Positions 1 to 10,600 of a stretch of 33,715 nucleotides of DNA are shown piece by piece; the stretch's first letter is position 1, and each line of letters opens with the position of its first letter. A program made the translations under genes and the position numbers. The stretch comes from Macrostomum lignano. Its lineage: Eukaryota. The stretch lies in assembly GCA_002269645.1 (NCBI GenBank), contig NIVC01003541.1, positions 1 to 33,715 on the forward strand, in the 5' to 3' direction. The notes below the pieces were generated by a model, which searched no databases, was not told where the DNA came from, and saw only the letters and a program-made list of their open reading frames with translations.

Positions 1-308
1 TCTCTGTGCCTTGGGAGTTGGCCCTCATGGACGTGAATCGTCAGGCATGCACACTCTCTGTGCCTTGGGAGTTGGCCCTCATGGACGTGAATCGTCAGGC
101 ATGCACTCTCTGTGCCCTGGGAGTTGGCCCTCATGGGCGTGAATCGTCAGGCATGCACACTCTCTGTGCCCTGGGAGTTGGCCCTCATGGACGTGAATCA
201 TCAGACATGCACTCTCTGTGCCTTGGGAGTTGGCCCTCCTAGGTGTGAATCGTCAGGCATGCACACTCTGTGCCTTGGGAGTTGGCCCTCATGGGCGTGA
301 ATCGCATG
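1..308. repeat. Tandem array, 52-54 bp unit (tgtgccttgggagttggccctcatggacgtgaatcgtcaggcatgcac(ac)tctc), about 6 copies, cut by the window edge
   Basis: tgtgcc recurs at 5, 59, 111, 165, 217, 269. Probably inside the last LAMP intron. Confidence 0.95.
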
Positions 309-353
309 ACATCCCACCTGGCCAATTCCTTGCACACGAGCTCCAAATTAATG

Positions 354-421
354 TGGCAGTGCATGGATTCGAACCAGGGGTCGTGGCGCAACAGACGCGC
401 TTACCGCTGAGCTGCCCTGCC
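354..421 (-). pseudogene. Degenerate tRNA-like sequence (tRNA pseudogene or tRNA-derived SINE head)
   Basis: Minus strand reads ggcagggcagctcagcggtaagcgc...cctggttcgaatccatgcactgcca. A-box-like gctcagcggtaag, exact B-box GGTTCGAATCC, acceptor stem 6/7 paired. Only 68 nt and the anticodon arm is not foldable. Confidence 0.6.
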
Positions 422-430
422 CTTTATCGC

Positions 431-781
431 ACCCATACCAGTGAGTGAGCACTCTGCATCACCCCCATACCAGTGAGTGAGCACTCTGCATCACCCCCAT
501 ACCAGTGAGTGAGCACTCTGCATCACCCCATACCAGTGAGTGAGCACTCTGCATCCCCCATACCAGTGAGTGAGCACTCTGCATCACCCCCATACCAGTG
601 AGTGAGCACTCTGCATCACCCCATACCAGTGAGTGAGCACTCTGCATCACCCCATACCAGTGAGTGAGCACTCTGCATCACCCATACCAGTGAGTGAGCA
701 CTCTGCATCACCCATACCAGTGAGTGAGCACTCCGCATCGCACCCATAGTGAATGAGTTTGCACTCTGCATCGCACCGCAG
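431..781. repeat. Tandem array, 30-32 bp unit (cccataccagtgagtgagcactctgcatcac), about 11 copies, running into the LAMP 3' splice site
   Basis: gtgagtgag recurs at 441, 473, 505, 536, 566 and onward. The final degenerate copy ends gcactctgcatcgcaccgcag (AG at 780-781). Confidence 0.95.
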
Positions 782-973
782 GCATTCCGCACGGACAACA
801 GCTCGGCTGAGTTCGCGGGCTCCATGGAGCAGTGCTTGGACGACACGCCCATCGACAACGTGGTGCCGATCGTGGTCGGCGCGGCCCTGGCCGGCCTGGT
901 GATCATCGTGCTCATCGCCTACCTGATCGGCAGGCGGCGGCACAGCGCCGGCAGCGGCTACCAGAGCGTGTGA
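782..973 (+). CDS. LAMP: Lysosome-associated membrane glycoprotein (LAMP family), last coding exon; upstream exons outside the window
   Basis: After the acceptor ccgcag: AFRTDNSSAEFAGSMEQCLDD, a TM helix VVPIVVGAALAGLVIIVLIAYLIG, basic RRR and terminal GYQSV* (GYXX-hydrophobic lysosomal sorting motif). This is the classical LAMP C-terminus. Confidence 0.93.
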   Translation, partial: AFRTDNSSAEFAGSMEQCLDDTPIDNVVPIVVGAALAGLVIIVLIAYLIGRRRHSAGSGYQSV

Positions 974-1320
974 GGCGGCCACTCCGGCCTGTCGGTGCTT
1001 CTGTCTGCGGCTTTGATGAACTTTCTGTGACACGGTTGGGAAACTGTGCCGCCCTGCTCTGTGCGCATTGTTTAAACACCTCATCCGCCGTTCTGCCTGT
1101 CTGACTCGATGCGTTTTCTGTATCGCTCTTTCTAATAACTCAGTTTTTTTGTAGATGCACCGTAGCAACGAATTTCTTCCATGGAGACGGCCAGCTTTTG
1201 TTTACTCGCGAACTCAGTAGCATAGCAGAGATTTTTCTCTATTTTCAGCGCTGGTTACGTAGCGCTGCATCCCGTAGAAATGCAAGTTGCTATGCAACCA
1301 CAATAGTGTTATAGATTTAC

Positions 1321-2229
1321 TGGTTGCTAGGCAACCACAGCAGAGTTGAGTGGTCAATATCGAGTTATAGAAATGCCGGTTGCTAGGCAACCACAGCAGA
1401 GTTGGGTGGTCAATATCTAGTTATAGAAATGCCGGTTGCTAGGCAACCACAGCAGAGTTAGGTGGTCAATATCTAGTTATAGAAATGCCGGTTGCTAGGC
1501 AACCACAGCAGAGTTAGGTGGTCAATATCTAGTTACAGAAATGCCGGTTGCTAGGCAACCACAGCAGAGTTGGGTTGTCAATATCTAGTTATAGAAATGC
1601 CGGTTGCTAGGCAACCACAGCAGAGTTAGGTGGTCAATATCTAGTTACAGAAATGCCGGTTGCTAGGCAACCACAGCAGAGTTGGGTGGTCGATATCTAG
1701 TTACAGAAATGCCGGTTGCTAGGCAACCACAGCAGAGTTGGGTGGTCAATATCTAGTTATAGAAATGCCGGTTGCTAGGCAACCACAACAGAGTTAGGTG
1801 GTCAATATCTAGTTACAGAAATGCCGGTTGCTAGGCAACCACAGCAGAGTTAGGTGGTCAATATCTAGTTATAGAAATGCCGGTTGCTAGGCAACCACAG
1901 CAGAGTTAGGTGGTCAATATCTAGTTACAGAAATGCCGGTTGCTAGGCAACCACAGCAGAGTTGGGTTGTCAATATCTAGTTATAGAAATGCCGGTTGCT
2001 AGGCAACCACAGCAGAGTTAGGTGGTCAATATCTAGTTACAGAAATGCCGGTTGCTAGGCAACCACAGCAGAGTTGGGTGGTCGATATCTAGTTACAGAA
2101 ATGCCGGTTGCTAGGCAACCACAGCAGAGTTGGGTTGTCAATATCTAGTTATAGAAATGCCGGTTGCTAGGCAACCACAACAGAGTTGGGTGGTCAATAT
2201 CTAGTTATAGAAATGCCGGTTGCTAGGCA
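1321..2229. repeat. Tandem array, 56 bp unit, 16 complete copies, each with the palindrome GGTTGCTAGGCAACC
   Basis: Unit agaaatgccggttgctaggcaaccacagcagagttRggtKgtcaatatctagttaY. The palindrome recurs every 56 bp from 1322 to 2162. A degenerate precursor copy lies at about 1276-1320. Confidence 0.97.
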
Positions 2230-2713
2230 GTGCTCAGCTCTGCCAGGCTGTGATGAAGATAAACCAGCAAAGCGTGCTCACTAACCCAGTGCGTAATTCA
2301 CCTTTTTTTATTCCGGCGTGGCGCGCTCTGCCATTCCCGGCTGCGCCCCAGCGCTGCCACCTGCAGATCTGCAGCAATCTGCTGGGACTGCATGCAGGCC
2401 TGCTCCCCGTCCCCAGTTTTGTATTCTCTGCCCTCATTGTTTCTGAAGTAGTTCCCGATCGGCCGCTCTGTGCGTTATTATTTCGGCTGACTGCAGCCAC
2501 CTGCCAATTAAAGAGACAGATTCGATCAAAGCGATTCACCGCCATCTTGTCCTCTGCCCCCCCCCTACAAATCTGTTTATTTAAACAAATTATCCAATTT
2601 TTTTCAGCACAAAAATTAATTAAACTGACAACTATTTTCTCTCTTCGCTACTCCAATTGTTGGCGGCTTCACAGCGCTTCGTCATTTACGCAGCCCCTTC
2701 TCACGTAATAGGA

Positions 2714-2848
2714 GTGCCTGCTGTGTGACCTCAGTGCCAGCTGTGTGACCTCAGTGCCAGCTGTGGGACCTCAGTGCCAGCTGTGTGGCCTCAGTACCAG
2801 CTGTGTGGCCTCAGTACCAGCTGTGGGACCTCAGTGCCAGCTGTGTGC
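2714..2848. repeat. Tandem array, 20 bp unit (gtgccagctgtgtgacctca), about 7 copies
   Basis: Direct reading of the sequence. Confidence 0.9.
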
Positions 2849-2876
2849 GGGACCGCCTGTCTGTGATGTAACTCTG

Positions 2877-3472
2877 TTCCACTCTGTGCCCACCTGTGGC
2901 ATGGGACTGAATTCCACTGTGCCCACCTGTGGCATGGGACTGAATTCCACTGTGCCCACCTGTGGCATGGGACTGAATTCCACTGTGCCCACCTGTGGCA
3001 TGGGACTGAATTCCACTGTGCCCACCTGTGGCATGGGACTGAATTCCACTGTGCCCACCTGTGGCATGGGACTGAATTCCACTGTGCCCACCTGTGGCAT
3101 GGGACTGAATTCCACTGTGCCCACCTGTGGCATGGGACTGAATTCCACTGTGCCCACCTGTGGCATGGGACTGAATTCCACTGTGCCCACCTGTGGCATG
3201 GGACTGAATTCCACTGTGCCCACCTGTGGCATGGGACTGAATTCCACTGTGCCCACCTGTGGCATGGGACTGAATTCCACTGTGCCCACCTGTGGCATGG
3301 GACTGAATTCCACTGTGCCCACCTGTGGCATGGGACTGAATTCCACTGTGCCCACCTGTGGCATGGGACTGAATTCCACTGTGCCCACCTGTGGCATGGG
3401 ACTGAATTCCACTGTGCCCACCTGTGGCATGGGACTGAATTCCACTGTGCCCACCTGTGGCATGGGACTGAA
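2877..3472. repeat. Tandem array, 33 bp unit (ttccactgtgcccacctgtggcatgggactgaa), about 18 near-identical copies
   Basis: Direct reading. It explains the 2745-3664 ORFs (STVPTCGMGLN and other frames). Confidence 0.97.
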
Positions 3473-4284
3473 CACTGCACATGTGCCCAACCTGATGGCT
3501 GTCTGTGCACTGAACACTTGACATGACTGGTGCCCAGCCCATTCTGCATGCGCAGATGATTCAAATGCATGTGGCCTGTGCCGCAAATTTCTCAAGCTTG
3601 AGGGCTTTGGACTGGTGCCCAGTCCCATTCTGCATGCGCAGATACGGAGCGGCTCAAATCGCATGTGGCCGGCCCGATTCGCATGGAATATAAAATAAGC
3701 ATGCAGATTCCAGGCGACTCCGTGTGCTCAGAATGTAAAAGGGCTGCTTTGCTTATCAGCTCGACCTGTGCGGTACAACCGGTCTCACAGGTCCCGCTGC
3801 AACCGGCTACCTGCGAACTTTCGAACTTGCATGGCTATTCAGATTGCAGATAAGGGCCGAGTCGATATTAAAATGTTTAATAAAGTTCTGATTAAGCATA
3901 AATATTCGCACTGAACTACTGTTCATTCTGATTTCAGTAGTGCGAATTGTGTGCATTCTACAGTTTATTGATCGTCTTATGAAACGGAGAACGGTCATGT
4001 ACTTCATGTATTATTAGTAGTCCATTAGTAAAATAACATGTGCATCCATTGGCGAATACTGTAGACTCATCTCGAGGTTCAAAATATAGATGAGGCACTC
4101 GGCCAGCGTACATGGATTGAAATTTACAAAGCTCGTCAGTCAGCTTTGCCAATTGGATCCTTAAAAGCTTGCAATTTTCACCACTGCTTTGTAGAAAAGC
4201 TTTTTGGGTTTGTTACGAGTATTAACACGTTCGGGCCCCAAAATTTGAAGGCCGATTTCAAACCCTGCTGCTTTGCAAATGCTA

Positions 4285-4445
4285 GACTGTGATTCCCACG
4301 ATGCCCTAGCAACTACTGTGGCTGTGATTCCCCATAATGGCCTATCAACAGGGCTCTGATTCCCCTTAATTGCCTAGCAACAAGGCTCTGATTCCCCTTA
4401 ATTGCCTAGCAACAAGGCTCTGATTCCCCTTAATTGCCTAGCAAC
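4285..4445. repeat. Short tandem array, 32 bp unit (aaggctctgattccccttaattgcctagcaac), about 5 copies
   Basis: ttgcctagcaac at 4370, 4402 and 4434, plus two degenerate upstream copies. Confidence 0.85.
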
Positions 4446-4622
4446 TATAGGCCCATCCTAGTTTTGATGAGCATCCAGCCTGGTGGCCGCTTGCAGGCTT
4501 TCAAGGATCCGTACAAAATCAAGTGTGGCTGCAATAAACTCCGGCAGCCGGCAATCGTCTACCAAAGGCTCCTCGCACTTCTATTAAAAATCAGTGGCCG
4601 GTCCGATGCTCAGCGGGAGTCG

Positions 4623-7600
4623 CTATTGGTCACTCGGCATCAACGACTCGACGCTGCGCCTGGCCCGCTGCGCCCTGCGCTGGTGACTCTGGTCCAGCAC
4701 GCGGGCGCGGACCAGGTCGTTCTCTGGCGCCGATGGCGGCGGCACCCGGAACTCCCAGATACGCGCGAAGGCGTCCTCGGAGACGGAGGCCACCCGCTTG
4801 GCCGTGGCCTGCAGATCCCGCACGGCCGCCTTGTGGCCGGCCAGCGAGCGGACGCAGGTCATGCTGGCCACGTGCCACTCCCGGATGGTGCCGTCCGAGT
4901 GCCCCGCCCACAGGCTGCCGCGCCGCGGCAGGACGGTCAGGGCGGCCCGGCCGGTCGGCCTGGACGGCGGCGTCCCAGAAGTGCAGGCGGCCGCGCCGGG
5001 TGCCCGTCACCAGCAGGTCGCCGCTGGCGTGCAGGCAGGTCACGGCATCCCGGTGGGCACCGAACTGGCGCAGCAGCCGGCCGGTGGCCAGGTCGGTCAG
5101 CCGCAGCTGCCGGTCTGCGTGCGCCGTCGCCAGCTGCTGCTCGCCGGCCACCGCCGCCTGCGTCACCGGCGAGGGAACCGCGCCAGCGCCACCTGCCGGT
5201 AGGTCGGCGGCTCGTACACCCGCGCCGTGGCGTCGAATGCGGCCGTCACGAGCTTGACGGAGAAAGGTTTTGCTGGGGTCATTGTCTGGATTTACTTTGG
5301 GTCATTGTCTGGATTTACTTTGGGTCATTGTCTGGATTTACTTTGGGTCATTGTCTGGATTTACTTTGGGTCATTGTCTGGAGTTTCTTTGGGTCATTGT
5401 CTGGAGTTTCTCTGGGTCATTGTCTGGCGACTCACATTCCTGGAGCCCGGCAGGATGTGCACGTAGCAGACGGAGTCTTCGTGGTCCGTCAGCATCCGCA
5501 GGCGGCGGAAGTCCGGCTCGAGGCTCCACAGCATGACACTCATATCCCAGCTCCCCGTGGCCAGCACATTGTCCCGCATGTGCAGGCAGGTGACGCCGCC
5601 TTTGTGGCCGTACAGCTTGCGGATGCTGCGCCCGCTGCGGACGTCCCAGATGCGCACCGACATGTCCCTGGAGCCCGTCACCAGCCGGCGCTCGTCGAAC
5701 TGCAGGCACTGGACCGCGTCAAGGTGACCCTGCAGGTGGTAGGCGGCTGACTGACTGACTGACTGACTGACTGACTGACTGCCTGACTGACTGACTGACT
5801 GACTGCCTGACTGACTGACTGACTGACTGCCTGACTGACTGACTGACTGACTGACTGACTGACTGACTGACTGCCTGACTGACTGACTGACTGACTGACT
5901 GCCTGACTGACTGACTGCCTGACTGCCTGACTGCCTGACTGACTGACTGACTGACTGACTGACTGCCTGACTGACTGACTGACTGCCTGACTGCCTGACT
6001 GCCTGCCTCCCCTCACCTGCAGCAGCCGGCACTGCAGTATCGGCAGGATGTCGCCCACAAAAGCGCCCCGCTGGCCGAGCTTCTCCAGGTCCTTCTTGTA
6101 GATGAGCCGCTCCTTGGACTCGGACTTCTCCTGTGAATGCCGTCGGGATTCGATTTTTGATTCTTGACTGAGTCAGAAGACCGTGTAGTGCGAATCGAGG
6201 AACTCAGAGTAAAACATTGCCGAAGTAAAGCAAAATAAAAGATCTACGAGCAGGAAGGCAGTTTTTAAAGCAAAAAAGGAGCCAAGAAAATTAAAAAGTC
6301 GGTTCTGGTGCTGACTCGCAAGTTGCAACCAAGGGCTCAGGTGTTGTACACAATGTACTTTGCTGCAGAAGACAATAACAGACAACACAGGTGACAAGCT
6401 TGGGAGCCACACTGAGAAGCTGATGATGAAGCTGAGAGGCTGATAAGGAGGTGCTGTAGGCGAGTGATGAAGCTGAGAGACTGATAAGGAGGTGCTGTAG
6501 GCGAGTGATGAAGCTGAGAGACTGATAAGGGGGTGCTGTAGGCGAGTGATGAAGCTGAGAGACTGATAAGGGGTGCTATAGGCGAGTGATGAAGCTGAGA
6601 GGCTGATAAGGAGATGCTGTAGGCGAGTGATGAAGCTGAGAGGCGGATAAAGAGATGCTGGATGCGAGTGATGAAGCTGGGAGGCGGATAAGGAGATGCT
6701 GTAGGCGAGTGATGAAGCTGAGAAGCTGCAGCTGCAGCATTCTTACTCTCGGATTCACGTTCACGGCCTCCCTGCCGTACATGTGAATCTCCTTCAGCTG
6801 ACTCTCCTCGGCTGACAGCTGGGGGAGGGCGGTGCCGTTTGCGGCTATCACTTTCCGTTTAATCATTAACTGGTTGAATTTTTATTGAATTTACAAGGCA
6901 GCCACCAGCCCCATCAGCTCTCAGCCTCACCGTCAGATCCGTGGCTTCCACCAGCCGGGGCCGAATGTCCAGCGCCACGTCCTCCGAGTCCTGGAACTGC
7001 TTCAGTCGGCCGAGGATCGGCTTCATCAGCGGCCTGCGGAGTTGTGCAGGTTAGTTTGCGCCCTCGGTGACTCTGTGTCCTCGGTGACTCTTTGTGTCCT
7101 CGGTGACTCTTTGTTTGTGTCCCCGGTGACTCTTTGTTTGTGCCCTCGGTGACTCTTTGTTTGTGCCCTCGGTGATTCTGTTTGTGTCCCCGGTGACTCT
7201 TTGTTTGTGTCCCCGGTGATTCTGTTTGTGCCCTCAGTGACTCTTTGTTTATGCCTTCTGTGACTTTTCGCTTGTGCCCTCGTTTCATTGAATTTTTCAA
7301 TTAGTTTTCAAATTCGACATTAATCATTAACTGAACCGAAACAAGCTAACTGTAGTAAGTAGTCGTCAATGTACTTTTCCTTCATGGCTATTGTAGGCCA
7401 GCACAATGATGCTGATTTTGTACGCTCAGTGGAATAAAGGAATGTTAAATTTTGGGAACTGGTCAGAAACTGAATACGGAAGCGCTACTCAAGGAGGCTT
7501 GAAGCTCGCACTCATGTGCTGCCTGCCTACAAGCCACCAGCCCACTTAGATGAACCCGGTCGGGATTCGGGTTCTGGGTCGGGATTCGGGGTCGGGATTC

Positions 7601-10600
7601 AGGGTCGGGATTCGGGTTCTGGGTCGGGATTCGGGATCGGGATTCAGGATCGGGATTCGGGGTCGGGATTCAGGGTCGGGATTCGGGTTCTGGGTCGGGA
7701 TTCGGGGTCGGGATTCAGGATCGGGATTCGGGGTCGGGATTCAGGGTCGGGATTCGGGTTCTGGGTCGGGATTCGGGGTCGGGATTCAGGGTCGGGATTC
7801 GGGTTCTGGGTCGGGATTCGGGATCGGGATTCAGGATCGGGATTCGGGGTCGGGATTCAGGGTCGGGATTCGGGTTCTGGGTCGGGATTCGGGGTCGGGA
7901 TTCAGGATCGGGATTCGGGTCGGGATTCAGGGTCGGGATTCGGGTTCTGGGTCGGGATTCGGGGTCGGGATTCAGGATCGGGATTCGGGGTCGGGATTCA
8001 GGGTCGGGATTCGGGTTCTGGGTCGGGATTCGGGGTCAGGATTCAGGATCGGGATTCGGGGTCGGGATTCAGGGTCGGGATTCGGGTTCTGGGTCGGGAT
8101 TCGGGGTCGGGATTCAGGATCGGGATTCGGGGTCGGGATTCAGGGTCGGGATTCGGGTTCTGGGTCGGGATTCGGGGTCGGGATTCAGGATCGGGATTCG
8201 GGTTCGGGGTTCCCGAAAGATGTTCGGATCGGGGTTAAACCCGAACTCCGAAAAATGGCCAGTGCTGAATGCGCCTGAGTCACGGCAGCCTCACCTCCGG
8301 TCCGCGTACTCCCGGTGAATCCGCTCCAGCACGCTCACTCCGTCCAGCTGCTGCTGCTGCTCTCGCCGCTTCGCCTTGGCCTCGCCGTCGACTGTAAAGG
8401 AGGGATCGGGTGGCAACTGCTGACGGGCGGCTGCTGGGAAGAATTCGCAGTCTCTGTTTTAAAGCTGCTGGTTGGCTGGCAACGGCATTGCAGGATGAAG
8501 GAAGGAAGCTGGGGGAGGAAAGAAATGCCAGCGGGGAGACAGAGCTGCTCCTGTTGTGTTTTTCTATTGTTCCCTGGCTGGCTGTAGCCCAGCTGCTGTA
8601 CTGATGGGGAGCGCGGAGGCTGGAAACTGGGGACCAGAGCACGGGGCTGCCAGATGGAGGACGCAAAGTTGCATCGGCATAAAAGCAAAAGTACGCTCGC
8701 AGCAACTTTGGTCGCTGCCAGCCAGGTGGAACTCAAGCAGCAAGTTTCTCCATCCCATGAGGTGGTCAGGAATTGGGAAGCGTCTCTCTGGTGCTTTCTG
8801 AATCGATCCGAGCATATCCAAGAGTTGCTTAATCTGCATGAGGCTGGGGTGTTTTCAAATGGTTCTATTTTTAGCAGCATCAAGCTTGTCTCTGATTGGC
8901 TGTAGATTTCCACCCACCCCACTCGGCTGGCGTGAAAGGACAAAATTGAAAGCGAGAAGCAGATTACCTTGCTGCATCCTCTGGTCACTGAAAACCATTT
9001 GTAAAGAAAAGCTGTTCGCTCACCTTCGCGCTTGCCAGCGGCCGCTCCCTCGGTGACCGCGCGCAGCTTCCTGAGCGACATCGTCAGACGAGCCAGGCCT
9101 GCAACTGTAAACCGGCGCGGCTTCGGCCTCGAGTTTCCCTGCTGCAGCAGTTGCTGCTGCTTCTGCTGCTGTCTGGCTCGGAAAAGAGCTGCGGGCCGCG
9201 CAGTTTGGCAGGGCTGTGTGAGGACTCGCACAGGCGATGCAAAACCCAATAGAAATGGCTTTGGCGCTGAGCTCACTGTTGGCAAACATTACCCCGGAGC
9301 ACACTCTGAGTTCATCTGGCAAACCCCAGAGCTCGAGGGAGAAGGGGCAGAGAGCTTCTGTGTTTGGTCTGAGACTCAAGCCCTGAGCAAACTGAGACAA
9401 GTTTACGTGTCCTGGGCTGGGTGATGCACAAAATTTGAGAGAGCATACACTAACTACACTACTGCAACAAACAAGTAGTAAAGAGAGTTTGCTGTGTCGC
9501 GTCACCTGCTGCATTGTGCGTGAGATGTCTGGGCAGCGGGAGGCTCTGCCGCGCCTGCCGCAGCATTCGCTCCAGCTCCCCGTACGTCAGCTTCCAGTCG
9601 ATGTGCTGCAGCCCGAGGCGCTGCCGCAGCACCCCCGCCAGGTTCAGTAGGCCGTTCTCGAACCCGATCTGCTCGCAGCGGCGCAGCCAGATGCTCTCGT
9701 GGGAGGCGAGCACCCACCAGTGACGGCTGACCTGCGCACAGCTCAGCAGGTCTCTGACCGGCAGCAGAGAGAAGATCTTCAGCAGCGTGCGGTCCGGCAG
9801 AATGCCGATGTCTGTGCAGTCATGAATTCTGCGACGTGCGGCAGGTTGTACATGTGCAGTGCTTGCAGTAGTGTGGCTTCGCTGAGAGTGTAAAAATATG
9901 CACCAAGACAAGCCCTATGGTTCAAATTCGCATGCTGCAGTCAGCCAGTGCTCACTCAGGCAACTCACCTCTGCATGCTGCAGTCAGCCAGTGCTCACTC
10001 AGGCAACTCACCTCTGCATGATGCAGTCAGCCAGTGCTCACTCAGGCAACTCACCTCTGCATGATGCAGTCAGCCAGTGCTCACTCAGGCAACTCACCTC
10101 TGCATGATGCAGTCAGCCAGTGCTCACTCAGGCAACTCACCTCTGCATGATGCAGTCAGCCAGTGCTCACTCAGGCAACTCACCTCTGCATGATGCAGTC
10201 AGCCAGTGCTCACTCAGGCAACTCACCTCTGCATGCTGCAGTCAGCCAGTGCTCACTCAGGCAACTCACCTCTGCATGCTGCAGTCAGCCAGTGCTCACT
10301 CAGGCAACTCACCTCTGCATGATGCAGTCAGCCAGTGCTCACTCAGGCAACTCACCTCTGCATGATGCAGTCAGCCAGTGCTCACTCAGGCAACTCACCT
10401 CTGCATGATGCAGTCAGCCAGTGCTCACTCAGGCAACTCACCTCTGCATGCTGCAGTCAGCCAGTGCTCACTCAGGCAACTCACCTCTGCATGCTGCAGT
10501 CAGCCAGTGCTCACTCAGGCAACTCACCTCTGCATGCTGCAGTCAGCCAGTGCTCACTCAGGCAACTCACCTCTGCATGCTGCAGTCAGCCAGTGCTCAC

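Noticed and set aside
2877-3472. CRISPR array (33-bp repeats with partial dyad symmetry)
   Set aside because: Copies are head-to-tail with no unique spacers, there are no cas genes, and the context is eukaryotic.
5153-5192. A 35-nt GT-AG mini-intron (cag|gtggcg...acgcag) as an explanation of the first WD40 frameshift
   Set aside because: It is very short, has a weak donor, would delete residues needed for blade spacing and does not explain the second shift. A 1-nt homopolymer fix is simpler.
4434-5750. 438-aa + strand ORF and similar antisense ORFs over the F-box, RAD51AP1, POLR3H and NK2 exons
   Set aside because: Shadow ORFs of GC-rich coding sequence on the opposite strand; no recognisable motifs.
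8564-8839. Possible extra F-box exon (IKQLLDMLGSIQKAPERRF...)
   Set aside because: Flanking exons already join in phase 1. The obvious acceptor gives an immediate stop in that phase and no convincing donor was found. It cannot be excluded without RNA data.
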